A DNA stretch of 64,000 nucleotides from a virus. This document shows positions 1 through 9,466 of this stretch, piece by piece (within the stretch, counting starts at the first letter, position 1; the number at the start of each line of letters is the position of its first letter). The notes under the pieces are model-generated. The model saw only the letters and a list, made by a program, of their open reading frames with translations, was not told the DNA's origin and ran no database searches. Position numbers and translations under genes: made by a program. Where the stretch lies: IMG/VR virus record IMGVR_UViG_3300032323_002779, positions 1 through 64,000 of that record; one strand, given 5' to 3'.

Positions 1-1
1 A

Positions 2-208
2 GCAACTAATCAATACTTCCTAAAAAATAACCTTGAAAAAAAATGTTTTTGGTCGCCAAGTTCTGCCGTAAATAATTACAAGTATAAGAAGTTTAAGTTT
101 TTAAAAGGTATGTTTAAAGACCTGAAAATGTACTTCAATATCATCAAATATGTTGGTCTTAAAAATTACATAAATCAAGTTTTAACATTCTGTAAGCAAA
201 ACGTTTAA
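2..208 (+). CDS. Partial CDS (3' end), hypothetical protein
   Basis: Frame is open from the window edge (ATNQYFLKNNLEKKCFW...) to TAA at 206-208, just upstream of the next gene. Confidence 0.6.
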   Translation, partial: ATNQYFLKNNLEKKCFWSPSSAVNNYKYKKFKFLKGMFKDLKMYFNIIKYVGLKNYINQVLTFCKQNV

Positions 209-222
209 CAACAAAAAAAACT

Positions 223-930
223 ATGGAACATATACATAAAAAAGTTTGCGTAATTCTGCATTTATATTATGTAGATTTATGGGGTTATTTTCTGCCGTAT
301 CTTAAAAGGATTGATACTGATATTGATTTGTACGTTACGATTACAGACGGTCATTCGGGTCAATTTACAGACATACACGATGCTATAATGAGTGAGTTTC
401 CACAAGCGTACATTTACTCCTTGCCTAACAGGGGAATGGACGTTGCTCCTTTTCTGTACGTTATGAATCAAATTTTTTTAAGCGGAAACACTTACGATGT
501 AATTATTAAACTTCATAGCAAAAAGAGTTTGGCTCACAGTTACGAACTCGGAGAGCGTTGGCGAAATCAATTAACTGATGCCTTGTTAGGGTCTTTGCCT
601 AAATTACAAAACAATTACCTATCTTGTACCAATACAAACTCAAAAATGGTAGGTAGTGCAATTTGGACTTTAAACCAAAGCGTTATAGGTTATGAGCAAC
701 AGTACTTCTCTCAACCAATTACTTTTACCGATTATGAATTTGTTGGTGGCACTATGTTTATGGTTGATTTTTTTACTGTAATGAATTGGTTTGTTTGCGA
801 AAGAATTTTTGAAAGATTCTACGATAAATTTGAAGACGGCTACATAGGGGACGGCTCAATAGCGCATCACTTGGAAAGAGTTTTAGGGTGTTTAATAAAA
901 TTAAAGGGACATAACATTTTAAGAGCGTAA
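223..930 (+). CDS. Rhamnan synthesis F (RgpF)-like glycosyltransferase-related protein
   Basis: VILHLYYVDLW, NRGMDVAPFL, KLHSKKS, GGTMF and AHHLER are typical RgpF-family motifs. Confidence 0.8.
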   Translation: MEHIHKKVCVILHLYYVDLWGYFLPYLKRIDTDIDLYVTITDGHSGQFTDIHDAIMSEFPQAYIYSLPNRGMDVAPFLYVMNQIFLSGNTYDVIIKLHSKKSLAHSYELGERWRNQLTDALLGSLPKLQNNYLSCTNTNSKMVGSAIWTLNQSVIGYEQQYFSQPITFTDYEFVGGTMFMVDFFTVMNWFVCERIFERFYDKFEDGYIGDGSIAHHLERVLGCLIKLKGHNILRA

Positions 931-933
931 ACT

Positions 934-1311
934 ATGGATTTGGAAGAAAAAATTGCGGATTATACTAAAAAGAAAAAAGAAGCGCAAGGAGCGGTGGATT
1001 TTTACCAAATGCACCTTGACGCATTGTCAAAATTGACGCAACCGACAACCGATGAATTTTACTCAAATCTACCAAATGAAAAATATTATAGCGTGGAGTT
1101 TGAAAAAAAGAAGTACGAGTTTATTTTAGGTGGGGACGGAAGGAGTTCTGCTTGGAGCGAATGGAGAGAGGGTAATGTTTTGGTTGTAAAGGTTAAAGAG
1201 GGGTACTACATTACCAATGAATTAATAACCGTACTTACTAACTATGTAAAGGAAAAATACAAAGGGCAATACAGTCATTTGGAAACGCACTTTATGAATA
1301 TAAAATTGTAA
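934..1311 (+). CDS. Hypothetical protein
   Basis: 125-aa ORF with tight operon spacing. Confidence 0.7.
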   Translation: MDLEEKIADYTKKKKEAQGAVDFYQMHLDALSKLTQPTTDEFYSNLPNEKYYSVEFEKKKYEFILGGDGRSSAWSEWREGNVLVVKVKEGYYITNELITVLTNYVKEKYKGQYSHLETHFMNIKL

Positions 1312-1326
1312 ACTAATTCAAATAAA

Positions 1327-2004
1327 ATGGCACAAGGAGTTCATAAAATCACAGAGGATTTCGAGAAAGAATTAGCAAGATATACAGGTGCGCCTTATGT
1401 TATTTGCGTAGATAATCAAAGCAACGGATTGTTCTTGGCTTTGCATTATTGGGTCGAAAAAAGAAAAAAAGAGCATTACAAGTCAAAAGACTTTAAATAC
1501 ATAGAGATTATAGATGTTCCGCAACGTACTTACCCGTCCGTGCCTTGCGAAGTAATTCACGCAGGGGCGCAGGTAAACTTCACAAAAGTAGAGGGAGAAA
1601 CTATAAAGGGTGCTTATCAGTTAACACCAACTAACGTATGGGATTCTGCGCTACGCTTTACGGCTGATATGTACATACCTGAATCGATGATGTGTATTTC
1701 TTTTACAGGGGCTTACAAGCATTTTAAACTATCAAAAGGAGGTGCAATACTGTTGGACGATTTAGATGCCTACAATTGGCTAAAAAAAGCCCGTTTTAGC
1801 GGAAGAAGCGAATGTAGTTACCACGATGATAACTTTGACGATAATCCTGTAATCGGTTGGAACTTTTATATGATGCCTGAACTGTCTGCAAGGGGCTTAT
1901 TGTTGATGAACCAATTTTATAATGCTGACGGAAGCAAAAAGCATAATAAGGATTTGGAATTGCCTTATCCTGATTTAAGCAAATTTAAGATTTGGAAGCA
2001 ATGA
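1327..2004 (+). CDS. DegT/DnrJ/EryC1/StrS-family PLP sugar aminotransferase (short form)
   Basis: FEKELARYTG, TYPSVP, DSA, SFTGAYKH (PLP lysine), GGAIL and GWNFYM motifs; only 225 aa. Confidence 0.85.
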   Translation: MAQGVHKITEDFEKELARYTGAPYVICVDNQSNGLFLALHYWVEKRKKEHYKSKDFKYIEIIDVPQRTYPSVPCEVIHAGAQVNFTKVEGETIKGAYQLTPTNVWDSALRFTADMYIPESMMCISFTGAYKHFKLSKGGAILLDDLDAYNWLKKARFSGRSECSYHDDNFDDNPVIGWNFYMMPELSARGLLLMNQFYNADGSKKHNKDLELPYPDLSKFKIWKQ

Positions 2005-2726
2005 AAAAGCACCTGATTGTATTCTTGGCTTATCAACATTTGGACATTGTAAGATGTAGTTTTGAAAGCATTAAAAATGTTGATGCTGACATATTTGTTG
2101 TCGAAAACAAGTCTGAAAACTCAACTTTGATTGCTGATTATTTTAAAGACCAAAATCAAATTGGCTACATACAGTTTCACGAAAACGTAGCAAATAGTTC
2201 TATGAACATTTTTATAGATGACTTTTGGGATTTGATTAATCAATACGAGTATGTTACATTCACAGACGGCGACCTTTTTGTTTATGATGCAAAAGGAATG
2301 TTTGAAGAGGTGTTCGATGCTTTTAAAGACCCGCAAGTTATTATTAGTAGTGCCGACTTATGGCAGGGCAACAATTATCAAAATGCAGAACGACTTGGGA
2401 CTGATTGTTTTCTTCAGGAAATGAGTTCTAATCAAACCGAATTTGGAAGTATTCAGGGTCATACAGGAAACTTTTTCATAACGATAAAAAACCAAGACAT
2501 CGGTATTGTAAAACAAGGCAGATTATATTTGGACAGTTACCTTGCCGAAGCAGTAAATTCAATGAGCAGAAGTTGGTTTAAGACTAATAGAAATAAAGTT
2601 TATCACTTGACTTGGGATTTATACTTCGAGGGAAACCCGTATTTTGAATTTAAAAAACAAGTGTTTGATAAAATATGGTTCAGAGAACATAAGTCGGGTT
2701 ATGATATTCTAAAAAATAGTTTTTAA
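2001..2726 (+). CDS. Putative GT-A-fold glycosyltransferase
   Basis: IFVVENKS and FTDGD (DxD) motifs. ATG at 2001 overlaps the upstream stop. Confidence 0.6.
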   Translation: MKKHLIVFLAYQHLDIVRCSFESIKNVDADIFVVENKSENSTLIADYFKDQNQIGYIQFHENVANSSMNIFIDDFWDLINQYEYVTFTDGDLFVYDAKGMFEEVFDAFKDPQVIISSADLWQGNNYQNAERLGTDCFLQEMSSNQTEFGSIQGHTGNFFITIKNQDIGIVKQGRLYLDSYLAEAVNSMSRSWFKTNRNKVYHLTWDLYFEGNPYFEFKKQVFDKIWFREHKSGYDILKNSF

Positions 2727-2738
2727 AATTTAAAAAAA

Positions 2739-3068
2739 ATGGAAAACCAAGAACAACAAACACAGTCAGGCGGAGTAACTATCAATAACTTTTCCCAAAT
2801 GAAGTTTTCTAAAAAAAACTTTGAAGAGTTAAAAAGACTTTGCGTTGAAAAACATCAAGAAATCAATTTGATTTACGGCGTGTACCAACAAAATACCTCT
2901 TTAATCGAAACCATAAACGATTTGAAAAAATCTTTGAGCAGAGAAGAAAAAAAGACAGAGTATTATCGTGAATTCGTTTCGGTGCTTTGCGCAAAAATAA
3001 AAGCCCTAAAACTAAACGTGAAGTTTTACAAAAAAAGAATTAAGTTAAACAGAAAATCAATAGATTGA
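2739..3068 (+). CDS. Hypothetical coiled-coil protein
   Basis: 109-aa helical, charged ORF. Confidence 0.6.
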   Translation: MENQEQQTQSGGVTINNFSQMKFSKKNFEELKRLCVEKHQEINLIYGVYQQNTSLIETINDLKKSLSREEKKTEYYREFVSVLCAKIKALKLNVKFYKKRIKLNRKSID

Positions 3069-3070
3069 AA

Positions 3071-3742
3071 ATGGAAAATACGGAAAGCATAAAAGAAGAT
3101 TTAAAGGTTGAAGAAACAAAAAACATTCAACAAGACGAACAGTCTGTAACAAGACAATTAGAGCCTGTTTTGATTGGAGCAGGTGGTTTTGCAAGAGAAA
3201 TTAGAGGAGAAGTTAGACTGCAATATGGAAACGTGCTTAAAATGTATGTAGATGACCAATATTGGGTAGAGGGATTGTACAGGATTTCAGAGTTTGACCC
3301 GAAAACTCAAAGCGCACTAATTGCGGTAGGAAACCCTGCTGACAAGAAAAAGTTATTGGCTAAACTTCCTGAAAACACGGAGTTTTGGAACTATATTTCT
3401 CCCCGTGCTTATGTGAATAATTTAAGAATGGGTAAAGGTAATTTTATTTGCGCAGGAACTATAATCACGGTCAATGTAACGATTGGTAATCACGTTCACT
3501 TAAACTTACATACAACGGTTGGACACGATGCCGTGTTAGGCGATTTTGTGACTACTGCTCCTAATGTAAATATTAGCGGAAACGTAACGATTAAAGATGG
3601 GGTGTATTTGGGTACTGCTTCTTGCGTAAAAGAGAAGTTGACTATTTGCGAGGACGTTGTTTTAGGAATGAACGCAAGTGTCGTGAAAGACATTACCGAG
3701 AGCGGTACATACGTTGGTATTCCTGCTAAAAAAATTAAGTAA
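3071..3742 (+). CDS. NeuD/PglD-like sugar acetyltransferase (hexapeptide repeat)
   Basis: IGAGGFAREI, IAVGNP, hexapeptide beta-helix repeats, VGHDAVLG and YVGIPAK. Confidence 0.9.
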   Translation: MENTESIKEDLKVEETKNIQQDEQSVTRQLEPVLIGAGGFAREIRGEVRLQYGNVLKMYVDDQYWVEGLYRISEFDPKTQSALIAVGNPADKKKLLAKLPENTEFWNYISPRAYVNNLRMGKGNFICAGTIITVNVTIGNHVHLNLHTTVGHDAVLGDFVTTAPNVNISGNVTIKDGVYLGTASCVKEKLTICEDVVLGMNASVVKDITESGTYVGIPAKKIK

Positions 3743-3745
3743 TCA

Positions 3746-4249
3746 ATGGTAATTGAGCAATTAAAAAATAAGGAAGTAAGACCCTGCAAAGATTATCAGT
3801 TGCGGGTTTTATTTCTTGACCCAAAGCCAATTTACGACAGGATTAAGGTTGACCATTTTGCAAGAGTACAAAGTGTTCCTATTGGCGATATGTTTCCTTT
3901 AAATGGAAATTTATGCGGTTGCGGTTGCGGTGCGGAAGTGACAGGAAGAAGAAGACGTTGGGCTACGGATAGTTGTAAATATTTCGCACAAGCGGTTTGG
4001 GCTATTATAAATGGTCATTCTGAAACAATATCAAGTTATCTAAAACTGTATCACGGAGTAGTTGCTTGTATTGAGTGCGGAATAACAGATTTTTACACAG
4101 AATATGCAAATGGGTTATCTGTAAGTTCCGTACATAAAGACCACATAGTTCCTGTTTTTAAAGGCGGGGGCGGTTGTTGGTTATCAAACTATCAATATTT
4201 ATGCGATACCTGTCATAAACAAAAAACAAAAACTGATTTAAAAAAATAA
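3746..4249 (+). CDS. HNH endonuclease
   Basis: CIECG...DHIVPVFKGGG...NYQYLCDTCHKQKT. Confidence 0.85.
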   Translation: MVIEQLKNKEVRPCKDYQLRVLFLDPKPIYDRIKVDHFARVQSVPIGDMFPLNGNLCGCGCGAEVTGRRRRWATDSCKYFAQAVWAIINGHSETISSYLKLYHGVVACIECGITDFYTEYANGLSVSSVHKDHIVPVFKGGGGCWLSNYQYLCDTCHKQKTKTDLKK

Positions 4250-4251
4250 AA

Positions 4252-4896
4252 ATGGACTTAAAATTATCACAACTTTCATTGGATATGGTTCGGCAAATTG
4301 CCTCTGATGTTCCGACATTCCACCACCATTATCACATTCTTTACGACATAGCAAATACCTTTGGCGACAAGAAAATTAATTATGTAGAAATAGGTGCTTA
4401 CGCAGGAGGCAGTTCTTGTTTATTGATGCAGAGATTAAACACTACTATTATCAGTATAGATTTAGGAGAGCCTATGCCAAAAGCGGTAGTTTTTGAGAAC
4501 ATAATTAATTATAAAAATAATAATAATTATTATAAATATATACAAGGAAATTCTCAATCAATCGAAACAAAAAATCAAGTTATAGAAACTTTGAGTAATT
4601 CAAGGATTTTAGGATATAGCAACAGGATTGATGTATTGTTTATTGACGGCGACCACTCTTTTAACGGAGTACTTGCCGACTTTTCTATGTATAGCGATTT
4701 AGTGAATATTGGAGGTTATGTAATTTTTGATGATTACAACGATAGTGTTTACAGTCCTGAAGTAAAACAAGCCGTAGATAGTTTGTTACCAAGCCTTTCT
4801 GATTACGAAATTATTGGTACTTTGGAAAATACTTTAGGTGCTTATCCGAGCGAACTAAAAGAGGGTAATTGTTTCATCATTAAAAGAATCAAATAA
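4252..4896 (+). CDS. Class I SAM-dependent methyltransferase (Methyltransf_24-like)
   Basis: VEIGAYAGGS, LFIDGDHS and GGYVIFDDY. Confidence 0.9.
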   Translation: MDLKLSQLSLDMVRQIASDVPTFHHHYHILYDIANTFGDKKINYVEIGAYAGGSSCLLMQRLNTTIISIDLGEPMPKAVVFENIINYKNNNNYYKYIQGNSQSIETKNQVIETLSNSRILGYSNRIDVLFIDGDHSFNGVLADFSMYSDLVNIGGYVIFDDYNDSVYSPEVKQAVDSLLPSLSDYEIIGTLENTLGAYPSELKEGNCFIIKRIK

Positions 4897-5603
4897 TGAC
4901 GTTAGGGGTTACAATACACACATACCAAAGGGCTGACGGTCAAACACCTCACTTGCTTATGAGGGCTATCCAATGTGTAGTAAGTCAGTCGTACCAAAAC
5001 TATAAAATTTTTATAGTTGGGGATAAGTACGAAAATAATCAGGAGTTTGAAGATATTATAAATGAGTTTGTTGAAATCAAAGACAAAATAGTTTATGAAA
5101 ACTTACATTTTGCCCACGAAAGGGATAAGTATTTAGGGGTAAATAATACCGCTCTTTGGAATTGCGGAGGTGCAAATGCTCTTAATCACGCTAATAACTT
5201 GGCAAAGGCTCACGGAGTAACAAAGGTTTGTCATTTAGACCACGATGACGTTTGGTTGCCAAATCATTTAGAGGTTATTGCTAAAGCAATTGCAGAGAAA
5301 AACAATCCCGCTTTTATCCATACATTAAGTCGGTATCTAAACAATCCTGTGTTTCCTGCAATGGTTGTTGACGGGCAGGTAGCAGAGCATTATCCGTCTT
5401 ACTGTAATTTGATTCATAGTTCGGTTTATTACGATTTAGAGCAAATTCATTTGCCTTACAGGGATATGTATGAGGAAATGGGGGTTATATTTCCAAGTGA
5501 CGGAGATATGTGGGAAAGAATAGCCGACAAATGCCGTGCAGAGAACTTAAAAAGTTATGTAATCAGGCAGGTTACTTGCATACACGAAAACGAAAACTAT
5601 TAA
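4896..5603 (+). CDS. Glycosyltransferase family 2
   Basis: TYQR, QSYQNYKIFIVGD and HLDHDDVW. Confidence 0.85.
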   Translation: MTLGVTIHTYQRADGQTPHLLMRAIQCVVSQSYQNYKIFIVGDKYENNQEFEDIINEFVEIKDKIVYENLHFAHERDKYLGVNNTALWNCGGANALNHANNLAKAHGVTKVCHLDHDDVWLPNHLEVIAKAIAEKNNPAFIHTLSRYLNNPVFPAMVVDGQVAEHYPSYCNLIHSSVYYDLEQIHLPYRDMYEEMGVIFPSDGDMWERIADKCRAENLKSYVIRQVTCIHENENY

Positions 5604-5613
5604 AACGAAAATT

Positions 5614-6009
5614 ATGAAACTATTTTTAGCAATTTACCTGTTGGGGTCTATCATTTCGCTTATAATGACGATTATCACTTTAACGTTAAATAAGAAGAGA
5701 GGAGAGGCTATTATTGACCACGCTAACGATAAATTATCCGAAAAGTTTGACTGTTACGAGAGAGTTAATTTTGTCAATCCTAATATTTATTGTGCAATTA
5801 ACTTCATTATGTCTTGGGCGCAAGTGGCTATGTTTATTTACTCTTATTTGCCAAGTCGTTTTATTATAAAAATCTATTTTTACAGGATTATTTCTAAAAT
5901 ATTTATTTGGATTAGCGTCAAATCAAATGTAGTAGCACACGCAGTAGTTGAAAAGCATAATAATTTGATTAAAGAGTACAATAAAAAATACGGAATTAAG
6001 GAAGATTAA
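5614..6009 (+). CDS. Hypothetical membrane protein
   Basis: N-terminal and internal hydrophobic segments. Confidence 0.6.
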   Translation: MKLFLAIYLLGSIISLIMTIITLTLNKKRGEAIIDHANDKLSEKFDCYERVNFVNPNIYCAINFIMSWAQVAMFIYSYLPSRFIIKIYFYRIISKIFIWISVKSNVVAHAVVEKHNNLIKEYNKKYGIKED

Positions 6010-6047
6010 AACCTTTCGGAGTGTAGGTTATCCGATAATGATTGAAT

Positions 6048-6221
6048 ATGGAAAGAATGTTTACCGATACAGGTTTTGAAGTTACGCAATTAGTAAGCAA
6101 CAAGAAAACAATTTTTGTTGAAACAAGAGAGGAAGCAAGGAAACTAACAGAGAGAGTAGGGTATTTTTACACCATACTTGACGTAAAGAAAAATATAATC
6201 GGGTTTGGAATCCCTAAATAA
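6048..6221 (+). CDS. Small hypothetical protein (57 aa, not in ORF track)
   Basis: MERMFTDTGFEVTQ...GFGIPK; fills the gap between genes. Confidence 0.6.
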   Translation: MERMFTDTGFEVTQLVSNKKTIFVETREEARKLTERVGYFYTILDVKKNIIGFGIPK

Positions 6222-6229
6222 TTTAAGAT

Positions 6230-6556
6230 ATGCAAAAGACACACACAATAATTTATGGAGCATCTGATGATTCGGTGCTAATTGAGGGTCAAATAGATAG
6301 TGAATATCAGAATTGGACACTTGCTCAAAGGGGTATTCCTTTTGAATGTTCGGACGAAACGAAAGGCAGAATAACTTATGACGGGGATTGGAAAATAACC
6401 ATTGAAAAAGAGGGCAGTTTGTTTCAGGAATTAAGACCAAATGTAGGGGATAATGGTAAGCATACCGATTTGGCTTTTAAATGTACCCCGTATAGCGATG
6501 TCCTGATTTTTAAAGACGGAATTTTGTGGGTAAAAATGAATGGTAAAAAGGTTTAA
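6230..6556 (+). CDS. Hypothetical phage protein
   Basis: IYGASDD N-terminal motif seen in phage proteins. Confidence 0.65.
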   Translation: MQKTHTIIYGASDDSVLIEGQIDSEYQNWTLAQRGIPFECSDETKGRITYDGDWKITIEKEGSLFQELRPNVGDNGKHTDLAFKCTPYSDVLIFKDGILWVKMNGKKV

Positions 6557-6561
6557 ATGCC

Positions 6562-6569
6562 TATATTTG
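6562..6569 (+). promoter_or_regulatory. Possible Bacteroidota -7 promoter element
   Basis: Intergenic TATATTTG about 30 nt upstream of ATG 6601; no clear -33 box. Confidence 0.4.
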
Positions 6570-6600
6570 TAATCAAGAAACTTTAACTAACAACAAAAAA

Positions 6601-6864
6601 ATGGAAAATAACTTCTCAAAGATTCAATCCAAATATTTGTTTTATGCAAAATGGATTAATGATAATGCCGAAGAAAAGGCTATTGCAGTTATCTTATTAA
6701 TAGATTATAAAAGCCAAACTTTTAGCATTACTCCCGAAAACACATCGAATGATAAATTTGCCTTTATTGGAGGTCATAAAGACACTACTACTATGTGGTA
6801 TGCGGTTGCGGAGGCTATCGTCAAAGCAAATACTTTCGCCCGAAAAGAATTGGGTTTTGAATAA
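6601..6864 (+). CDS. Hypothetical protein
   Basis: 87-aa ORF with an A-rich start. Confidence 0.65.
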   Translation: MENNFSKIQSKYLFYAKWINDNAEEKAIAVILLIDYKSQTFSITPENTSNDKFAFIGGHKDTTTMWYAVAEAIVKANTFARKELGFE

Positions 6865-6899
6865 GAAATTTTATTAACACACTAAAAACAATAAAAATT

Positions 6900-7304
6900 A
6901 TGAATGAAACTATTCACACAGTACCTAAATTAGAGATACTTCAAATAGCAATGGTCTGTCATCAGGCAAACAAAGCGTGGTGCGATGCGCACGGGGATTC
7001 AACACAAAAAAATTGGGACGAAGCGGAAAATTGGCAACGCCAAAGCGCAATTAATGGAGTGATATTTAGGATAGGAAACCCCGATAAAGGACACGATGCG
7101 CAACATAACTCTTGGTTAGATGAAAAAGTAAAAGACGGTTGGGTTTACGGCGAGGTTAAAGATGCCGAAGCCAAAACACACCCTTGTATAGTTCCTTTTG
7201 AAGAACTGCCTGAATTCCAAAAGAAAAAAGACGCTTTGTTTTGCGCTATTGTAGATGCCTTATCTCAAGGTAAAACTCTTGTTTTAGAAGATTTAAAAAA
7301 ATAG
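6900..7304 (+). CDS. RyR-domain phage protein
   Basis: HNSWLDEKVKDGWVYGEVKDAEAKTHPCIVPFEELPEFQKKKD matches the RyR repeat pattern. Confidence 0.8.
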   Translation: MNETIHTVPKLEILQIAMVCHQANKAWCDAHGDSTQKNWDEAENWQRQSAINGVIFRIGNPDKGHDAQHNSWLDEKVKDGWVYGEVKDAEAKTHPCIVPFEELPEFQKKKDALFCAIVDALSQGKTLVLEDLKK

Positions 7305-7307
7305 AAA

Positions 7308-8573
7308 ATGGCTAAACCACAAACAATAAAGAATCTACTTTTCTTTGGCGACTTTGGTTGCACAACAGGATTTGGTAATGTTTCAAAAGAACTTATCGAT
7401 GAATGGTCAAAAGACAAAAACCTAAACATAGTTGTTTTTGCTATTAACAACTTTGCGGAAGTCCCGTATAATTACAAGGATAATGTAAAAGTTCTTCCTG
7501 CTATGACGTTATCCGAAAGCAAAAAAGACGTGTATTGCAGAATAGAGTTTTTAAAAGTGCTATATCAAAATAATTTTGATGTCTTGTTTTGTCTTAATGA
7601 CATTGAGATATTTAATGAGATGGGAGAGCATATTTTAAACGTCAAAACGCAAAAGAAAAAGGAAAACAAGCCAAACTTCAAGTCTATGGTTTATTTTCCG
7701 ATTGATAGCGAACCAAGACCTGTGGATTTGAAAATACTTTCTTTCTTTGACGAAATTATAACTTACACCGAATACGCAAAAAGCGTTTTGAAAAATCTAA
7801 CGACAGAGGCTAATTTCAAAAAAATAAGAGTTATTCCTCACGGTTGTAATACGACAGATTTTTACCCCTTGACTGATGCTGAAAAACTTGAAGCCAAATT
7901 GGAGATTTTAGGCGAAGCGGGAGATGCTGAAACCTACTTATTTGGAACTATAAACAGAAACTCCGCAAGAAAGGATTTAGCGAGTTTGATTTTGGGTTTT
8001 GCAACTTTCAAACATAGTAATCAAGTAAATGCCGTGTTGTATCTACATTGCAATCCTTTAGACCCATCGGGCATTAATATTTTTAGATTGTGTGAAAGAG
8101 TCGGATTAAGGCTTGGCGTAGATGTACTCGTACCAAAAAATTATTCTGAAAACAAAGGGGTGGATAGCGTAGAGTTAAACAGAATCTACAATGCGTTTGA
8201 TTGTTTTATTACCACTACTACCGCAGAGGGTTGGGGATTAACTATCACAGAGGCTATGGCTACTAAAACTTTGGTTATTTGCCCTAAACATACTTCTTTA
8301 ACTGAAATCACAAATGACGGCGACCTTACACTAAACTTTATGTTTATGCAACCTGCCGTGTTTGTAAACGATTTTGAGAAGATTAGATTTGTCTGCAATC
8401 CAAGCGAGGTAAACACTCTTTTAGGAGTTGCATATAATCTTAAAAATGACGAACAGGAATTGCAAGATATGGTTACTGAAAAAGTTGAAAGAGCATATCA
8501 AAAAGTAAAAGGTATGTCTTGGGATAAAATCGCAAAGCAGTTCAAAGTTAAAATTGACAAATTGGCAAAATAA
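7308..8573 (+). CDS. Glycosyltransferase family 4 (GT-B)
   Basis: TGFGNVS, IPHG, NRNSARKD and EGWGLTITEAMA. Confidence 0.9.
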   Translation: MAKPQTIKNLLFFGDFGCTTGFGNVSKELIDEWSKDKNLNIVVFAINNFAEVPYNYKDNVKVLPAMTLSESKKDVYCRIEFLKVLYQNNFDVLFCLNDIEIFNEMGEHILNVKTQKKKENKPNFKSMVYFPIDSEPRPVDLKILSFFDEIITYTEYAKSVLKNLTTEANFKKIRVIPHGCNTTDFYPLTDAEKLEAKLEILGEAGDAETYLFGTINRNSARKDLASLILGFATFKHSNQVNAVLYLHCNPLDPSGINIFRLCERVGLRLGVDVLVPKNYSENKGVDSVELNRIYNAFDCFITTTTAEGWGLTITEAMATKTLVICPKHTSLTEITNDGDLTLNFMFMQPAVFVNDFEKIRFVCNPSEVNTLLGVAYNLKNDEQELQDMVTEKVERAYQKVKGMSWDKIAKQFKVKIDKLAK

Positions 8574-8579
8574 ATAACT

Positions 8580-8804
8580 ATGGCAAAGAGATTGAAAAGT
8601 TTAGACAAACATAACTCAACGACTTCTACTTTCCATTGGAATATGATGCCTCAAGAACCAATTCCAAACGGTATTGCTTGTCCGAAGTGTGGGGAAGAAT
8701 TACTTGATACAAAACCAAACGAAATACTAACTTCTATGCCTCCGCAAAAAAACGTTAATTGCTCGAATAAAAAATGCGATTTTAGAGGTTATAGGGTCGC
8801 TTAA
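8580..8804 (+). CDS. Small zinc-ribbon protein
   Basis: CPKCG...CSNKKC. Confidence 0.65.
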   Translation: MAKRLKSLDKHNSTTSTFHWNMMPQEPIPNGIACPKCGEELLDTKPNEILTSMPPQKNVNCSNKKCDFRGYRVA

Positions 8805-8851
8805 AAAATAAATCAAGAACCCGATTGCAAGGATAATTGCTACAAAAAAAT

Positions 8852-9115
8852 ATGGAAAATCAAACAGAAAGAGGATTGACCTTTGGAGAAAAAGCCGTTG
8901 GATTAACTTTCAATCCGTCAGGAGATGAAAAAGTGAATAAGGCAAAACAACTTATGGCGGACGCTTTAGATTTGCTACAACAAGCAGAGTTGGAAAAAAG
9001 CGATTATGGTAAAGTAACGCAAAGTTGGGAGGCAAATGTCTTCAGGACAAACGCTTTCAATAAAGTTGTAGATGCTCAAATGGCTTTGGTCAAGTACATT
9101 ACTTGGAATAACTAA
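8852..9115 (+). CDS. Small helical-hairpin protein, possibly Acb2/Tad1-like
   Basis: FGEKAVGLTFNPSGD...AQMALVKYITW pattern; family recalled from memory. Confidence 0.5.
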   Translation: MENQTERGLTFGEKAVGLTFNPSGDEKVNKAKQLMADALDLLQQAELEKSDYGKVTQSWEANVFRTNAFNKVVDAQMALVKYITWNN

Positions 9116-9140
9116 AACATAAGTCTTATACAAAATAAAG

Positions 9141-9170
9141 AAGCCACCCTGTCGAGAGTGGCTTTTTTTT
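9141..9170 (+). terminator. Intrinsic terminator, probably bidirectional
   Basis: AAGCCAC...GTGGCTT hairpin plus T-run, A-rich on the other side, between convergent genes. Confidence 0.8.
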
Positions 9171-9187
9171 CGCAGATTAGCAAAGGA

Positions 9188-9310
9188 TTATCCTCTTTTG
9201 AATACCCCAACTTTCCAAGCAATAGCAACAACCCCTAAAAGGATTAAAGTATTGTGGACATTGTTTCCGCCAAGCCAATTTGGACTGCTGATGTCAAATG
9301 TTCCTTTCAT
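9188..9310 (-). CDS. 40-aa membrane peptide, the only credible minus-strand gene
   Basis: MKGTFDISSPNWLGGNNVHNTLILLGVVAIAWKVGVFKRG, with an A-rich start, its own promoter and a terminator. Confidence 0.7.
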   Translation of the reverse strand: MKGTFDISSPNWLGGNNVHNTLILLGVVAIAWKVGVFKRG

Positions 9311-9342
9311 AATTTTTTAAATTAATTATTAATAATTAGACA

Positions 9343-9375
9343 CAAATGTAATTAATAATTTTTTACATTTACAAA
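9343..9375 (-). promoter_or_regulatory. Bacteroidota sigma-A promoter for the minus-strand peptide
   Basis: Reverse strand reads TTTG-N21-TACATTTG. Confidence 0.65.
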
Positions 9376-9466
9376 TTATTATCTCATTTATGCTTTAGTA
9401 ATTAAAAAGTTACGAAAAAAAATCAAACTAACGACTATCCTAAATTATTATTATTTAAGATAAGAT

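Noticed and set aside
6009-6036. Short inverted repeats (TCGGA/TCCGA and AACCT/AGGTT) as a structured RNA or terminator
   Set aside because: The stems are only 5 bp and there is no T-tract; support is insufficient.
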